Notes: generated by a model from the letters alone, not told the origin. 64,000 nt of DNA from a virus (IMGVR_UViG_3300003267_000376); one strand, 5' to 3'; shown: positions 26,800-36,468, numbered from the stretch's first letter. A program made the numbers and translations.

Positions 26800-29534
26800 T
26801 GGCGGTCATCGAGATTCGGCTGAATGGCACCGATATCACCAGTGACGTCATCTTCAAAGACGCATCCTTCACCTCGATGGCCAACGGCAACGTCGGTCCC
26901 TGTAGTTTTCGGGTGCGCGACCTTTTACATGTGTATTCCACCATCCGGATCGGTGATGAAATCACCCTTGATATCGATGGCGTCCGGGCCTGGGGTGGCT
27001 TCGTCAAGCAGCTCCGTCGCGGCTACTTCTTCGAGGCACGCGACTGCGAATGCCCGGAGACGACCCCCATCTACTACCAGATCATCGGGTCCGATTACAA
27101 CGTTTTGCTCAACCAGCGGTACCTCTTTGACCCCGATAACCCGGAAGCGACCCAGCTCCACGAGTTCCCGGCGGGCACCCCGGATAACGAAGTCATCGAT
27201 TACTACGTCACCAATTATCTCGATCTGAGCGGGGATGGGATCGATACCTCCACCTTGGTCGAACACGTTGGCACTCCTTCACTCGATACACCGATCAATG
27301 GCGCGGTGGGGATGAGCTGGAACCAGTTTATGGCGTTCATTGCCTACAACACTGGTTCGATCTGGTACCTCGATCCTGACAAGAAGCTGGTCTACTGCGA
27401 TGTCGACACACCCAACGCGCCGTACGAGATCAGCGACAACCCCGATCCGGGTCAGGTCGGGCCGCGCGAATACCGGGCCCTATTTGATGGTACCCGGCTG
27501 CGAAATGACGCGCTGGTCTGGGGCGTGGGTAAGGGCTCGGCCAATGCTGTCTTCGCGCGGGTGACCGATACCACTAGCGTCGCTAACCACAACCTCTGGC
27601 AGGTCGGCCGCGTGGTGGGCGGCATCTGGAAACAGGATACTGCTGACCGGACGGCCAACACCTACGTCAATGGCTCACCGCAAGGCAAGCGCGGCGGCAA
27701 GATGGATCGTCACTCGATCGATGCCGTGGTCTTCGAGCCAGGTCTGCGAGTAGCGCAGAAGGTGCACGCCTACTTTCAGGTCTTCGGTTACAACGAGATC
27801 ATCCCGATCCGAGTCCTGCAAATCACGTTTCCGACCGACCAGGACCCGAAATATCAGATCACGCTCGCTCATGAAATCGACGAGCCAGAGGATCTTACCG
27901 ACCCGCTCCCTGATAACCGTCCATATCAGGTCTGCACCAACATTCACTGTGGGCCCTTCCTTGATGGCGACTGGGATGTCGGCGCTCTAGGTGTGAGCTC
28001 AACCTCACTAACACAGCCTCTTGGTAGCCTTGAAGTACAAGACGGTCACAACAGCTGGACCGTGTTTGTGCCAGGCGGTACGTTGCACTGTCAACCCAAC
28101 ATGTGGCAGTGGCTAGCCGACAATACGGCCAAATCGTCAGGGACCTACCATGGCCGTGCCCACGTTGAACTGCAGTGGGCCGATCTCTATGGCTACACCG
28201 TCCTGCCCGGCCAGCTGTGCGAGAAGGGCGAAGCTGGCTGGGAAGTGGAAACGGGCTGGAAATTGGAGACCGTTCCGGCCGCCAATGCCCTCCCAGGAAC
28301 AACAGCAGCCTCCTGGAATGGGCTTGTGACGATGACCTTCACGGTCACCGGCACGACCTATCCGCGTCCACGCCCTGCCACGCGTCCGCTCTTTCCATTT
28401 ACCGCTTGGCCGGGTGTTTCGTTAGTGGCCCAGCAGGGGGTGGCCTTCGGTCTGATCTCCCCGAGCGATCTCACGCTGACGCCCATCGACTCACCATTTG
28501 GCACGACCTATAACGTTCCGCCAACGATCTGGCCCTATTCGGTCATTAGCACCGAAGGGACCACCGTGTTCCGTGACGAGGGAATCTACGTGCGCGGCGA
28601 GCGGTTTGTTGGCTATGCCACGCCAGATGTCGAATACACCGTGACGTTTGCGACCGGTACGTTCCCGGCCGGATCACAAGTCTGGCTCTACGGGTATTTG
28701 CCATTCATTGATTTTGCTAATGCCGCGGGGCGAGTGGAGGTGAATTACGATTTCACCATCGATTGGCGTCCAGCGCCAAGCGGCGGTGCCGTTATCCCCA
28801 ATCCCGACATCGGTGACTGTGTTCCACGCTGCATCACCATCGGATCGAACTGTGAGCAGGCCACTCGGTTGGGTCGCCGGTCATATCAAACCCTCGGCCT
28901 GTATAGCGTGGGCAGCACGCAGGTCTGGGTCAATGGTGTTGGCCAGGCCCTTGGTAGCGATTACACCGAATCTGATCCAGAAAACGGTGTAATCACCTTC
29001 ACCTATGACATCGCGACCGATGCGTTCGTCTACGTCTGCTATTACGCCAACACGCTCGCGAATCAACTGCCTAGCTATGCCGTCACCGACAACGTGCTGC
29101 AGGTACCGATTCACGGGGTTGGCATCACCGGCACCTTTGGACCGCAACTCGATTTCTGGCCGCCGATGGTCTGGCATGGGGTGTATTACCCGCACTTCCA
29201 CAATGGCGTGGATTTCGGTGCAGTGACCGGGACACCGGTCTATGCCTCGGCGGATGGGATCGTGCAATACGAAGATCAGGCCGCGGGTGGCACGATGATC
29301 CACATCTACCATGATTCACCAGCGACCCCGATCCCGATGCGAACGACCTACGCGCACTTGTCGCAACGGGTGGTGCCGCATGGAGCGGCGGTGTCCCAGG
29401 GCGACCACATCGCCTATTCCGGCAGTAGCGGTGACGTGACCGGGCCCCACCTACACTGGGGCGTCGACATCTACGGCTGGCCAGAGGATCCGTTGCCCTG
29501 GTCAAATACCCCTCGTACCACGGCGGTGTTGTAA
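26799..29534 (+). CDS. distal tail (Dit-like) protein with C-terminal M23 peptidase domain
   Basis: It immediately follows the tape measure gene. The N-terminus is paralogous to the next ORF. The C-terminus carries HFHNGVDFGAVTGTPVYASADG and GSSGDVTGPHLHW. Confidence 0.7.
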   Translation: MAVIEIRLNGTDITSDVIFKDASFTSMANGNVGPCSFRVRDLLHVYSTIRIGDEITLDIDGVRAWGGFVKQLRRGYFFEARDCECPETTPIYYQIIGSDYNVLLNQRYLFDPDNPEATQLHEFPAGTPDNEVIDYYVTNYLDLSGDGIDTSTLVEHVGTPSLDTPINGAVGMSWNQFMAFIAYNTGSIWYLDPDKKLVYCDVDTPNAPYEISDNPDPGQVGPREYRALFDGTRLRNDALVWGVGKGSANAVFARVTDTTSVANHNLWQVGRVVGGIWKQDTADRTANTYVNGSPQGKRGGKMDRHSIDAVVFEPGLRVAQKVHAYFQVFGYNEIIPIRVLQITFPTDQDPKYQITLAHEIDEPEDLTDPLPDNRPYQVCTNIHCGPFLDGDWDVGALGVSSTSLTQPLGSLEVQDGHNSWTVFVPGGTLHCQPNMWQWLADNTAKSSGTYHGRAHVELQWADLYGYTVLPGQLCEKGEAGWEVETGWKLETVPAANALPGTTAASWNGLVTMTFTVTGTTYPRPRPATRPLFPFTAWPGVSLVAQQGVAFGLISPSDLTLTPIDSPFGTTYNVPPTIWPYSVISTEGTTVFRDEGIYVRGERFVGYATPDVEYTVTFATGTFPAGSQVWLYGYLPFIDFANAAGRVEVNYDFTIDWRPAPSGGAVIPNPDIGDCVPRCITIGSNCEQATRLGRRSYQTLGLYSVGSTQVWVNGVGQALGSDYTESDPENGVITFTYDIATDAFVYVCYYANTLANQLPSYAVTDNVLQVPIHGVGITGTFGPQLDFWPPMVWHGVYYPHFHNGVDFGAVTGTPVYASADGIVQYEDQAAGGTMIHIYHDSPATPIPMRTTYAHLSQRVVPHGAAVSQGDHIAYSGSSGDVTGPHLHWGVDIYGWPEDPLPWSNTPRTTAVL

Positions 29535-31069
29535 TGCCTAGCCCGAGCAGTATCTCCATCATCTATGACGGCGAGGACATCACCAATAGCGTGATCTTTG
29601 TCGATGCCAGCCTCGAGAGTCAGGCTACGGCCGCGCCCGGCACGTTCACTATTCGCATCCGCGATAAGGAACGCGCCCTGTCGTTCACAACCGGGCGCGA
29701 GATGCAGTTTGCCGTCGACGGGGTGACACTGTTCGGTGGTTACTTAACCCAAGTCGGCCGGACCTATGCCTTCCCAGCGGTTGATACCCAGCCCATCAGT
29801 GGGGTGACTCAGCGTATCTGGGAGCTCAAAGGCCCTGATTACAACATCCTGTTTGATAAGCGCGTTTTCTATAACAAGGCTGATCCACTCACGCACCCCG
29901 CTACATGGGCTAAGGGCACGCTGGATCGTCCGCTCATCCTGCAAATGTGCGAGGACTACCTCGATCTGCCCGGTGACCTTGACTTCGATACCTTGGTGGA
30001 GGCGGTCGCCGCTCCCGCCGATGACGTCGATGGCGCCTGGGTACCGATGGGCTCATATTGGCGCGACCAGATGGTCGACTTTAGTAAGAACACCGGGGCC
30101 ATCTTCTACATCAACGGTGCCAAGCAGCTGGTCAACAAATCGGTGGAGGACACCGAGGCGCGCTGGGGCTTTAGCGATGTCCCCAACCATCGCGCCTTCG
30201 CGACCGGCGATCAACGCTTCCAGGGCGTCACCATTGGACCGCGCGACCTCGACATCCTCGAGGATGGCTCGGCCATCGTCAACGATGCATTGGTGTGGGG
30301 TGGGTCCATGACGGCCGGCGAGTGGGACCAGGGCTCGGTGGTGTTCGGACGCGCACAGAACAGTGAGTCCATCGCGCTCCACAACCGGTGGCAGTTTGCC
30401 GAGATCCACCCCAATGAGCAGGGGTATCTGTCTGAAGCGCAGGTGGCCAAACGAGCCCGTTTGATGGTCGAGGGCATTAGCGGAACCGATGCCAAGGGCC
30501 TCTCCCGCGGCCTGCAGCGCCCCACGTGGAACGTCAACCTGACCTGGTATGGCCATGATGTCCCCCGGCTTGGTGGCGTCCCAGATCATTTAAAGCCCGG
30601 CGATTTGGTGAGCTTCTTCTTCTATGCGCTCGGCACCGGCGGGCAGCCCTTGATCAAGTCGCTGCCGCTGCGTAGCGTGAGCGTCAGCTTCCCGACGCTT
30701 TCGTCACAGACTGGCGAACCATTCGTCGTCTTTCACGGTAGCTTCAGCTTGAGCCCGACCGACCCGTGGGCGCTGTGGCAATATCTCATCGCCAACCGCA
30801 ACCGACTGCAGTATGCGGTTAAGGCCAATACCACGATCGGGACCGTGTTGCAGACTGGGCTGACGCCGGCGGCAGACGGTTCAACCACGGTCTTTACGTT
30901 AGTTGGTGGCACGCCATACGTTAGCGGTAGCACCACCATCTTCATCAATGGCCTCGCTCAACGGCGTGGCACTGACTACACCGAATCCGATCCGGCCGCC
31001 GGTGAGATTACCTTCACCGATCCGCCCCGCCTCGGTGACTCGCTGTGGATTCATTATCAAACGAGATAA
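29534..31069 (+). CDS. Dit-like/minor tail protein (paralogue of preceding gene)
   Basis: The two ORFs share DIT..VIF.DAS, YLDL.GD.D..TLVE and GxDYTESDPxxGxITFT blocks. Confidence 0.55.
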   Translation: MPSPSSISIIYDGEDITNSVIFVDASLESQATAAPGTFTIRIRDKERALSFTTGREMQFAVDGVTLFGGYLTQVGRTYAFPAVDTQPISGVTQRIWELKGPDYNILFDKRVFYNKADPLTHPATWAKGTLDRPLILQMCEDYLDLPGDLDFDTLVEAVAAPADDVDGAWVPMGSYWRDQMVDFSKNTGAIFYINGAKQLVNKSVEDTEARWGFSDVPNHRAFATGDQRFQGVTIGPRDLDILEDGSAIVNDALVWGGSMTAGEWDQGSVVFGRAQNSESIALHNRWQFAEIHPNEQGYLSEAQVAKRARLMVEGISGTDAKGLSRGLQRPTWNVNLTWYGHDVPRLGGVPDHLKPGDLVSFFFYALGTGGQPLIKSLPLRSVSVSFPTLSSQTGEPFVVFHGSFSLSPTDPWALWQYLIANRNRLQYAVKANTTIGTVLQTGLTPAADGSTTVFTLVGGTPYVSGSTTIFINGLAQRRGTDYTESDPAAGEITFTDPPRLGDSLWIHYQTR

Positions 31070-31072
31070 GCC

Positions 31073-31465
31073 ATGGCCCACGATCGGACGCTCGACCACT
31101 ACGGAACCGAAGACACCACCACCGCGGTCCTAAGTGCTGATATTGGCCGATATCCCGCCGGCACTAGCCTGCAGGACGTGCTCGCCGACATGGTGGCGCG
31201 CATCGAAAGCCTAGAGCTTGGTTGCGCGACCCACCAATATGTTACGGCCAACGCCTTCATCGCCAATTACCTCACCGCCAATGCGGTCTTCAAGAAGACC
31301 CAGGACGGTGGCGGCTCGCCCTTCCAGTTCATCGCCGATGCCTCGATCGGCACTGGCACCTTTAGTTTTGCCTTCACCGCCAACGCGGTGTTGCGTTCGA
31401 TTACCAGCAGCGGGACACAGACGATCACCGCCGATGGCTTCCTCATCGATGACGTGGTGTGCTAG
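31073..31465 (+). CDS. small repeat-motif protein
   Basis: The 130-aa product is made almost entirely of FTANAV-type units. Confidence 0.45.
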   Translation: MAHDRTLDHYGTEDTTTAVLSADIGRYPAGTSLQDVLADMVARIESLELGCATHQYVTANAFIANYLTANAVFKKTQDGGGSPFQFIADASIGTGTFSFAFTANAVLRSITSSGTQTITADGFLIDDVVC

Positions 31466-31477
31466 AGGGCTAGACAG

Positions 31478-34400
31478 ATGGCATCTCCTAGCATTGCCTC
31501 CACAGGGACTAGTCAGCAGACCACTGACCAAACATCGCACACCATGGCGATGCCATCTGGCATCCAGTCCGGCGATCTGCTGGTCGCAATCTTCGTTACT
31601 GATGGTGTGCCAAGTATCTCAGGATGGCCAGCGGGATGGACGTCATTCCCACGAATTAACGGTGGATCGAATAACACCAACAGTTCGCAGGTGGCCTATA
31701 AGTTCGCCGATGGGACCGAGTCGAACTTCACCCTAACGACCAGTGCCGCCGAGACATCGATCTCCCGTTGCTTTCGTATTACCGGGCATGCTGGTTCAAC
31801 TAGACCGCCCCTAGTACGCCCCTCTTCAGATTCAGGGCCAGCATCGGTTGTTCCCAAAGTTGAAGCATGGGAGTGGTCGCAACCACAAGACATTCTTTCG
31901 ATCGTTGCTGTTGGTTGGGAGAACACAACTCCTACGCCCACTCCCAGCGGCTACACCAACAACGTCAATAGTTCGACTGGCGGGGCCTCGGGAACGGGCA
32001 TCCGGGTTGAGACCCAAGCAATCTCTGGTTTTACTGGCTCAGAAAACCCCGCCGACTACACCACTGGCAGTGGTGATCGCGCAATCTGGACCATTCTTAT
32101 TCCTTCGGATTCCAGCGCTCCCGATCTGACCTTTCCCATTGCTCGAAACTGGTTCGAGAAGACCTCCGGTAGCAGCTCTAGCGTCAATATTACAATCCCA
32201 CGGCAGAGTGTTAGCGGTGACATTCTATTCGCTGCGATTGGTCTCGCTACCAATGTCACCATTTCCTCGGGATTGCCGAGCGGCTGGACCACACAGGTAA
32301 GCGTAGCGGGGGGTGGATCAGGCGGCGAACGCATGTACTTCCTGTGGAAGGTGTGCGACGGGTCTGAAACCGACTTCACGCTCACCATGAGCGGTTCCTC
32401 AGCCTACTCGACGCTATCGGGCGCCGTTCTCAACGCTCAGGATGTCGTTTCATCGGCCACCGCCACCGGTGGCGCTAACGCAAACCCCAATCCCCCGAAC
32501 CTAAACGCCATCGGTCACCTATGGGTCGCCGAGATGCAGCATGAGGGACGTACCGTCTCCTCATACCCGACCAACTACACGCACCGCCAGGAAAGCCCAC
32601 AGCTGACCACGGCCAGTATTGCACTCGCCTTCCGCCAACTCAGCGCTAACAGTGAAGACCCAGGCACGTATACCGACAGCGGTTCATCATTCTGGACGGC
32701 TGCCACCATCGCCTTTTTGCGACCATCCACCACGGCGTCCATCACGGCCGATGGTGTCATCCAAGGATTGACGCTGTTCACTGCTGATGCGGTCATCCAG
32801 GCCAGTGTTGCTGGATCACTGACAGCAAACGCCGATCTACTCGCCACGAGCACGGCCAGCTTCAGCGCCGATGCACTGATTGCCGCCACGATCACCAGCA
32901 GCATTAGCGGCGATGCGGTCATCCTCGCGACCGTTGCTCAGAACCTAGCTGGCGACGGTATTGTCCTCACTACCACATCGGCTAGCCTGACAGCGGACGC
33001 CGCCTTCTCCTCGACGGTGTCCGTGGAGGGCAATATCACTGCTGATGCGGTGATCCTTGCCACACTAGCTGCATCGGTAGCTGGCGATGCCGTGCTGCGT
33101 ACCACAAGCCCCGGCTCGATCACGGCTGATGGAATCGTACGTGTCACCACAGCAGCCTCCTTTAGTGTCGATGCGGTCGTACCCCCGTACTTCGTCGCCG
33201 ATGCGGTCCTTCTCGGCCTCACGCACTTCACCGCTGACGCGATCGTGCGGCTGGTCGCCTCAGCCTCCTTCACGGCCGATGCGGTCGTCTTCTTCGAACT
33301 ATACGAGTTCACGTTCACCGCGGACGCGCTAATCTTTGGCATCGTCTGGTTCGATGACTTCAATCGTGCCAATGAGAACCCGTTGGGTGATCCATATCGC
33401 CATATGCTCGGCGATGAAGCGCAGATTATCTCCAATGAGCTGGTCCAGCCTTACGACACGATCAACAGTTTGACCACCTTCAGCGGATATCGCGGTTATG
33501 CCGTTGTTCCCGCCATTAGCATCAACCAGATCGACATCTTCATTCCAGCCTCGCCGGACAACAATTTCTACCTTGAGATCGATAATCGCGGCATTTTGGG
33601 AAGTGATGGCCAATGGTACGGCCAGTTCTGGTGGATGTTCTGGGATAGCGGTAGCGACTTTTTGATCGCTTCGGACAGCCTTAACGAAACAGTCACGCTG
33701 ACGCTGAACACCTGGTACACCATCAAGGTGATGCATGGGGACAACGATCACCCCACACGATTGAAATACTGGCCGCGCGCTACCACTGAACCATCCGCGT
33801 GGCAGGTTGAGGTGGCCAACTCGTTCTCTTACGCAACCGAGCCCTTCTCCGATCAATTGGGCTTGTTCTTGGGTAGTGGCGACCCGACTGATACGCGAGC
33901 CGACAACTTCCTCATCGCTTCCACCGAGAGCGGTGCGTTCGTAGGCTTTGGGTCCTTGACGGCCGCCGCTGTCCTGTTCAAGACCCAGGTCTTTGCTGGG
34001 GTTAATCCAGATGGACCGGAGCCGTATGCAGTCAGTACGGGTACGGCTAATGGGTTGGGCGGTTCACTCAGTTTCTTGAACCCGCCGGGCGCCGTGGTGG
34101 GTGACTTTGCCGTCGTGATCGGCGCCATTACTGGTGCAGCGACCACGAATCAAATCGGTGGGGTCGGCGGTAGTCTGAGTGACACGATTTTTACGAAAGC
34201 AGGCTTCTGGACCCCATCCAACTCTAACCTGACGTTTGCCGTCTTTTATGCCACCGTAACAGCCGACTTCTTCGGTGGCTGGCCATCGATCAGTTGGTCG
34301 TGGTCGTCTGGATCGAGCTTCCGGGCCGCGGTGTTGCTGGTAATACGCCGTACCCAGCATTTCGTACGGAACGTCACGCCCTATTTCGATACCACCAGTA

Positions 34401-35698
34401 CTGACCAACAGACCATTCCGGCTGGAACCGCCGAGCTTGCCTTCGATAATAGCTTGGCCATCCTTGGATTCGGCTCTGCCACCACCGGGGTCACCTCGTT
34501 CCTTCCTCCCATCAATGCCGTGGAATGGGCGGATGTCAATGCCACCAATGGGTTTACCCATGTGGCCCTCGAGGTGGCGCTCTCACCGCAATTTGCTGGT
34601 AGCACACCAGCCTGGACAGCAGATTCGCAAGGTGCCAACACGGGGACCTACGCCGTCATTGTGGAGGTTCCCACCATCGCGGGGCTCACTGCGGACGCTT
34701 ACCTGAAAGGTAATGCCTTCACGCTGGATGCCTATCTCATCCCAGATCCTAATCAGACGTACCCGGTCATCTTCGAAGACCGCTTCGATGATCGGATCAC
34801 GACCAATGGCTGGGGCGGCGTGTGGCAACCCACCCAGCTCGATAACGCCGGGCTCACGGCGGATGGCACCGCTGGGGTGAACACTGCCGATGCAACCTAC
34901 AGTCTGACGGGGTATCCGTTGGTCGGCGCCTATGCCAGCTACGCCTTCGACCTGAAGTTCGTCACGCGCAGCACGTTCTCGTTTATCCGCCTCGAAAGCA
35001 ATGATCACACTGGCCTATCGCTGCAATTATTCATCAATGGCGCAGGGGGCGTCATTCTGAACGGCGTCAGCGGCAGCTGGGCCGACGTTCCCAACCAGTG
35101 GTTCTCGGTGCTGGTCAACATCTTCCCCGATCGAGCCGATGTCTATCTCTGGCCGCGCGGCACGGCGCAGCCGGGTGTGCGCACCATTGGCGCCGCCAAC
35201 ATCGTGTCGACGTTCTTCGAGACCGAGCTCGACATCGCGGCACCGAATGGTGATGTGCGGATCGACAATTTTGTTGTGGCATCGCTGGTCGGTACGTGGC
35301 AACGCCGGTATCTCGTCTTTGGCGATGCCATCGTCAAACGAACGATGACCACCCATGCCGTATTCGGATTTCCGGTCGACAACACCATCCTCTGCGAGGC
35401 CGAAATCGCGCGTGGCTTCAAGGCCGATGCAGTCGTCACCAATGCCACCCCCCGCACCGTCACCGCCAATGCGGTGCTGGTGACGTATTTCCTGTTCCAC
35501 GCCGATGCCGTGCTACATGACGACACCCGGGTACAGCATGCCCGCAGTGGGCCTGACCACACTGGCGTCGACTACGAGCTGGTGCACACCCTTGCCGCCT
35601 CGATCGGGTTCAACCCGGTCTATCTGGCGGGGACCAATCTGCGCGATCTGTTGATCGCCATCGACGAGCGGCTCAGCGAGCTGGAAGCGTCGCAATAA
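31478..35698 (+). CDS. tail fibre / receptor-binding protein with repeat array and two ConA-like lectin domains
   Basis: The 1406-aa ORF has 14-aa repeats at roughly aa 420-620. Two regions (around 33330-33930 and 34750-35290) have ConA/LamG-like patterns (FDDF...W, DNFLIAS/DNFVVAS). Confidence 0.7.
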   Translation: MASPSIASTGTSQQTTDQTSHTMAMPSGIQSGDLLVAIFVTDGVPSISGWPAGWTSFPRINGGSNNTNSSQVAYKFADGTESNFTLTTSAAETSISRCFRITGHAGSTRPPLVRPSSDSGPASVVPKVEAWEWSQPQDILSIVAVGWENTTPTPTPSGYTNNVNSSTGGASGTGIRVETQAISGFTGSENPADYTTGSGDRAIWTILIPSDSSAPDLTFPIARNWFEKTSGSSSSVNITIPRQSVSGDILFAAIGLATNVTISSGLPSGWTTQVSVAGGGSGGERMYFLWKVCDGSETDFTLTMSGSSAYSTLSGAVLNAQDVVSSATATGGANANPNPPNLNAIGHLWVAEMQHEGRTVSSYPTNYTHRQESPQLTTASIALAFRQLSANSEDPGTYTDSGSSFWTAATIAFLRPSTTASITADGVIQGLTLFTADAVIQASVAGSLTANADLLATSTASFSADALIAATITSSISGDAVILATVAQNLAGDGIVLTTTSASLTADAAFSSTVSVEGNITADAVILATLAASVAGDAVLRTTSPGSITADGIVRVTTAASFSVDAVVPPYFVADAVLLGLTHFTADAIVRLVASASFTADAVVFFELYEFTFTADALIFGIVWFDDFNRANENPLGDPYRHMLGDEAQIISNELVQPYDTINSLTTFSGYRGYAVVPAISINQIDIFIPASPDNNFYLEIDNRGILGSDGQWYGQFWWMFWDSGSDFLIASDSLNETVTLTLNTWYTIKVMHGDNDHPTRLKYWPRATTEPSAWQVEVANSFSYATEPFSDQLGLFLGSGDPTDTRADNFLIASTESGAFVGFGSLTAAAVLFKTQVFAGVNPDGPEPYAVSTGTANGLGGSLSFLNPPGAVVGDFAVVIGAITGAATTNQIGGVGGSLSDTIFTKAGFWTPSNSNLTFAVFYATVTADFFGGWPSISWSWSSGSSFRAAVLLVIRRTQHFVRNVTPYFDTTSTDQQTIPAGTAELAFDNSLAILGFGSATTGVTSFLPPINAVEWADVNATNGFTHVALEVALSPQFAGSTPAWTADSQGANTGTYAVIVEVPTIAGLTADAYLKGNAFTLDAYLIPDPNQTYPVIFEDRFDDRITTNGWGGVWQPTQLDNAGLTADGTAGVNTADATYSLTGYPLVGAYASYAFDLKFVTRSTFSFIRLESNDHTGLSLQLFINGAGGVILNGVSGSWADVPNQWFSVLVNIFPDRADVYLWPRGTAQPGVRTIGAANIVSTFFETELDIAAPNGDVRIDNFVVASLVGTWQRRYLVFGDAIVKRTMTTHAVFGFPVDNTILCEAEIARGFKADAVVTNATPRTVTANAVLVTYFLFHADAVLHDDTRVQHARSGPDHTGVDYELVHTLAASIGFNPVYLAGTNLRDLLIAIDERLSELEASQ
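32740..33330 (+). repeat. array of 42-nt in-frame repeats (same family as 7650-10690)
   Basis: TADAVI/TADGIV units at 14-aa spacing. Confidence 0.75.
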
Positions 35699-35881
35699 AC
35701 ATCCATCCCTCTGGGTGAATAGTGTCCGGGTCAGCTGGTAGGAACTGAGTTTCGTTCCTATGCAGGTTGCCGTTCAGGTTTGACCCTGTCGGTCTTACCG
35801 GTCTTGTTCATCCAAAGGAATGGATGACCCGCAGGTTAGCGGGTCCCCTGACAGCTGTCAACCCCAAGGAGGGACGTTCTC

Positions 35882-36112
35882 ATGATTTCGATCACCGTGC
35901 TCAAGGAGTTCGCCATCGGCGTCGCGGTCGCGGCCGCCGCGCAGGTGGTGCTCGGCCTGGCTGTGTTCCAGACCAACCCCGATCAGGTGTTGGCTAATCC
36001 CAAGGAGTGGGCCATCGCCTTCGCCGCCTCGGTAGGACGCACCGCGCTGATCGCGGCCGCTCTCAAGGCGCGCGAGCTGTTCCAGCGCTTCGTCGCAGCC
36101 CAGGGCGAATAG
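35882..36112 (+). CDS. small membrane protein (holin-like candidate)
   Basis: A GGAGGG RBS is upstream. The 76-aa product has two hydrophobic helices. Confidence 0.45.
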   Translation: MISITVLKEFAIGVAVAAAAQVVLGLAVFQTNPDQVLANPKEWAIAFAASVGRTALIAAALKARELFQRFVAAQGE

Positions 36113-36114
36113 CC

Positions 36115-36264
36115 ATGGGATACGGCTTGCCCCTCGTGTGTCCCAAATGCCCGCCAAAGCATTTCTTTGGTAAGCTGAAGTTACCTGGCGAAAAGGCCGT
36201 GCCTTGCCCGAACTGCGGGACGAAGCTAGTGGCACGCCGCCAGCCGAAGCAGGAGAAGGCATGA
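36115..36264 (+). CDS. zinc-ribbon small protein (49 aa)
   Basis: The product has CPKC...CPNC and is tightly packed between its neighbours. Confidence 0.35.
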   Translation: MGYGLPLVCPKCPPKHFFGKLKLPGEKAVPCPNCGTKLVARRQPKQEKA

Positions 36265-36407
36265 CTCCGCTCCTCTGGTTCCTAGTTGTGGTGGGGATCG
36301 TATCGTTGTTGGTGGTCGGCTACCTGGTGTGGCAGGCCCCGCTCATCGAGGAGGTGCGCAAGCCGCACGCGCTCGACTCGTCCGCGGGTAAGCCACCCAA
36401 GGATTAA
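36261..36407 (+). CDS. small single-TM membrane protein (48 aa)
   Basis: An ATGA overlap and an AGGAGAAGG RBS are present. The TM helix is LLWFLVVVGIVSLLVVGYLVW. Confidence 0.4.
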   Translation: MTPLLWFLVVVGIVSLLVVGYLVWQAPLIEEVRKPHALDSSAGKPPKD

Positions 36408-36433
36408 CAGCATCCCCACTGCTCCCACCACCA

Positions 36434-36468
36434 CCCCGCTGCCAAACCAGGCAGCGGGGTTTCTCATT
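36434..36468 (+). terminator. rho-independent terminator (stem CCCCGCTGCC/GGCAGCGGGG then TTTCTCATTT) at the convergence point of the two gene blocks
   Basis: A perfect 10-bp stem is followed by a T-rich tract. Confidence 0.7.
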
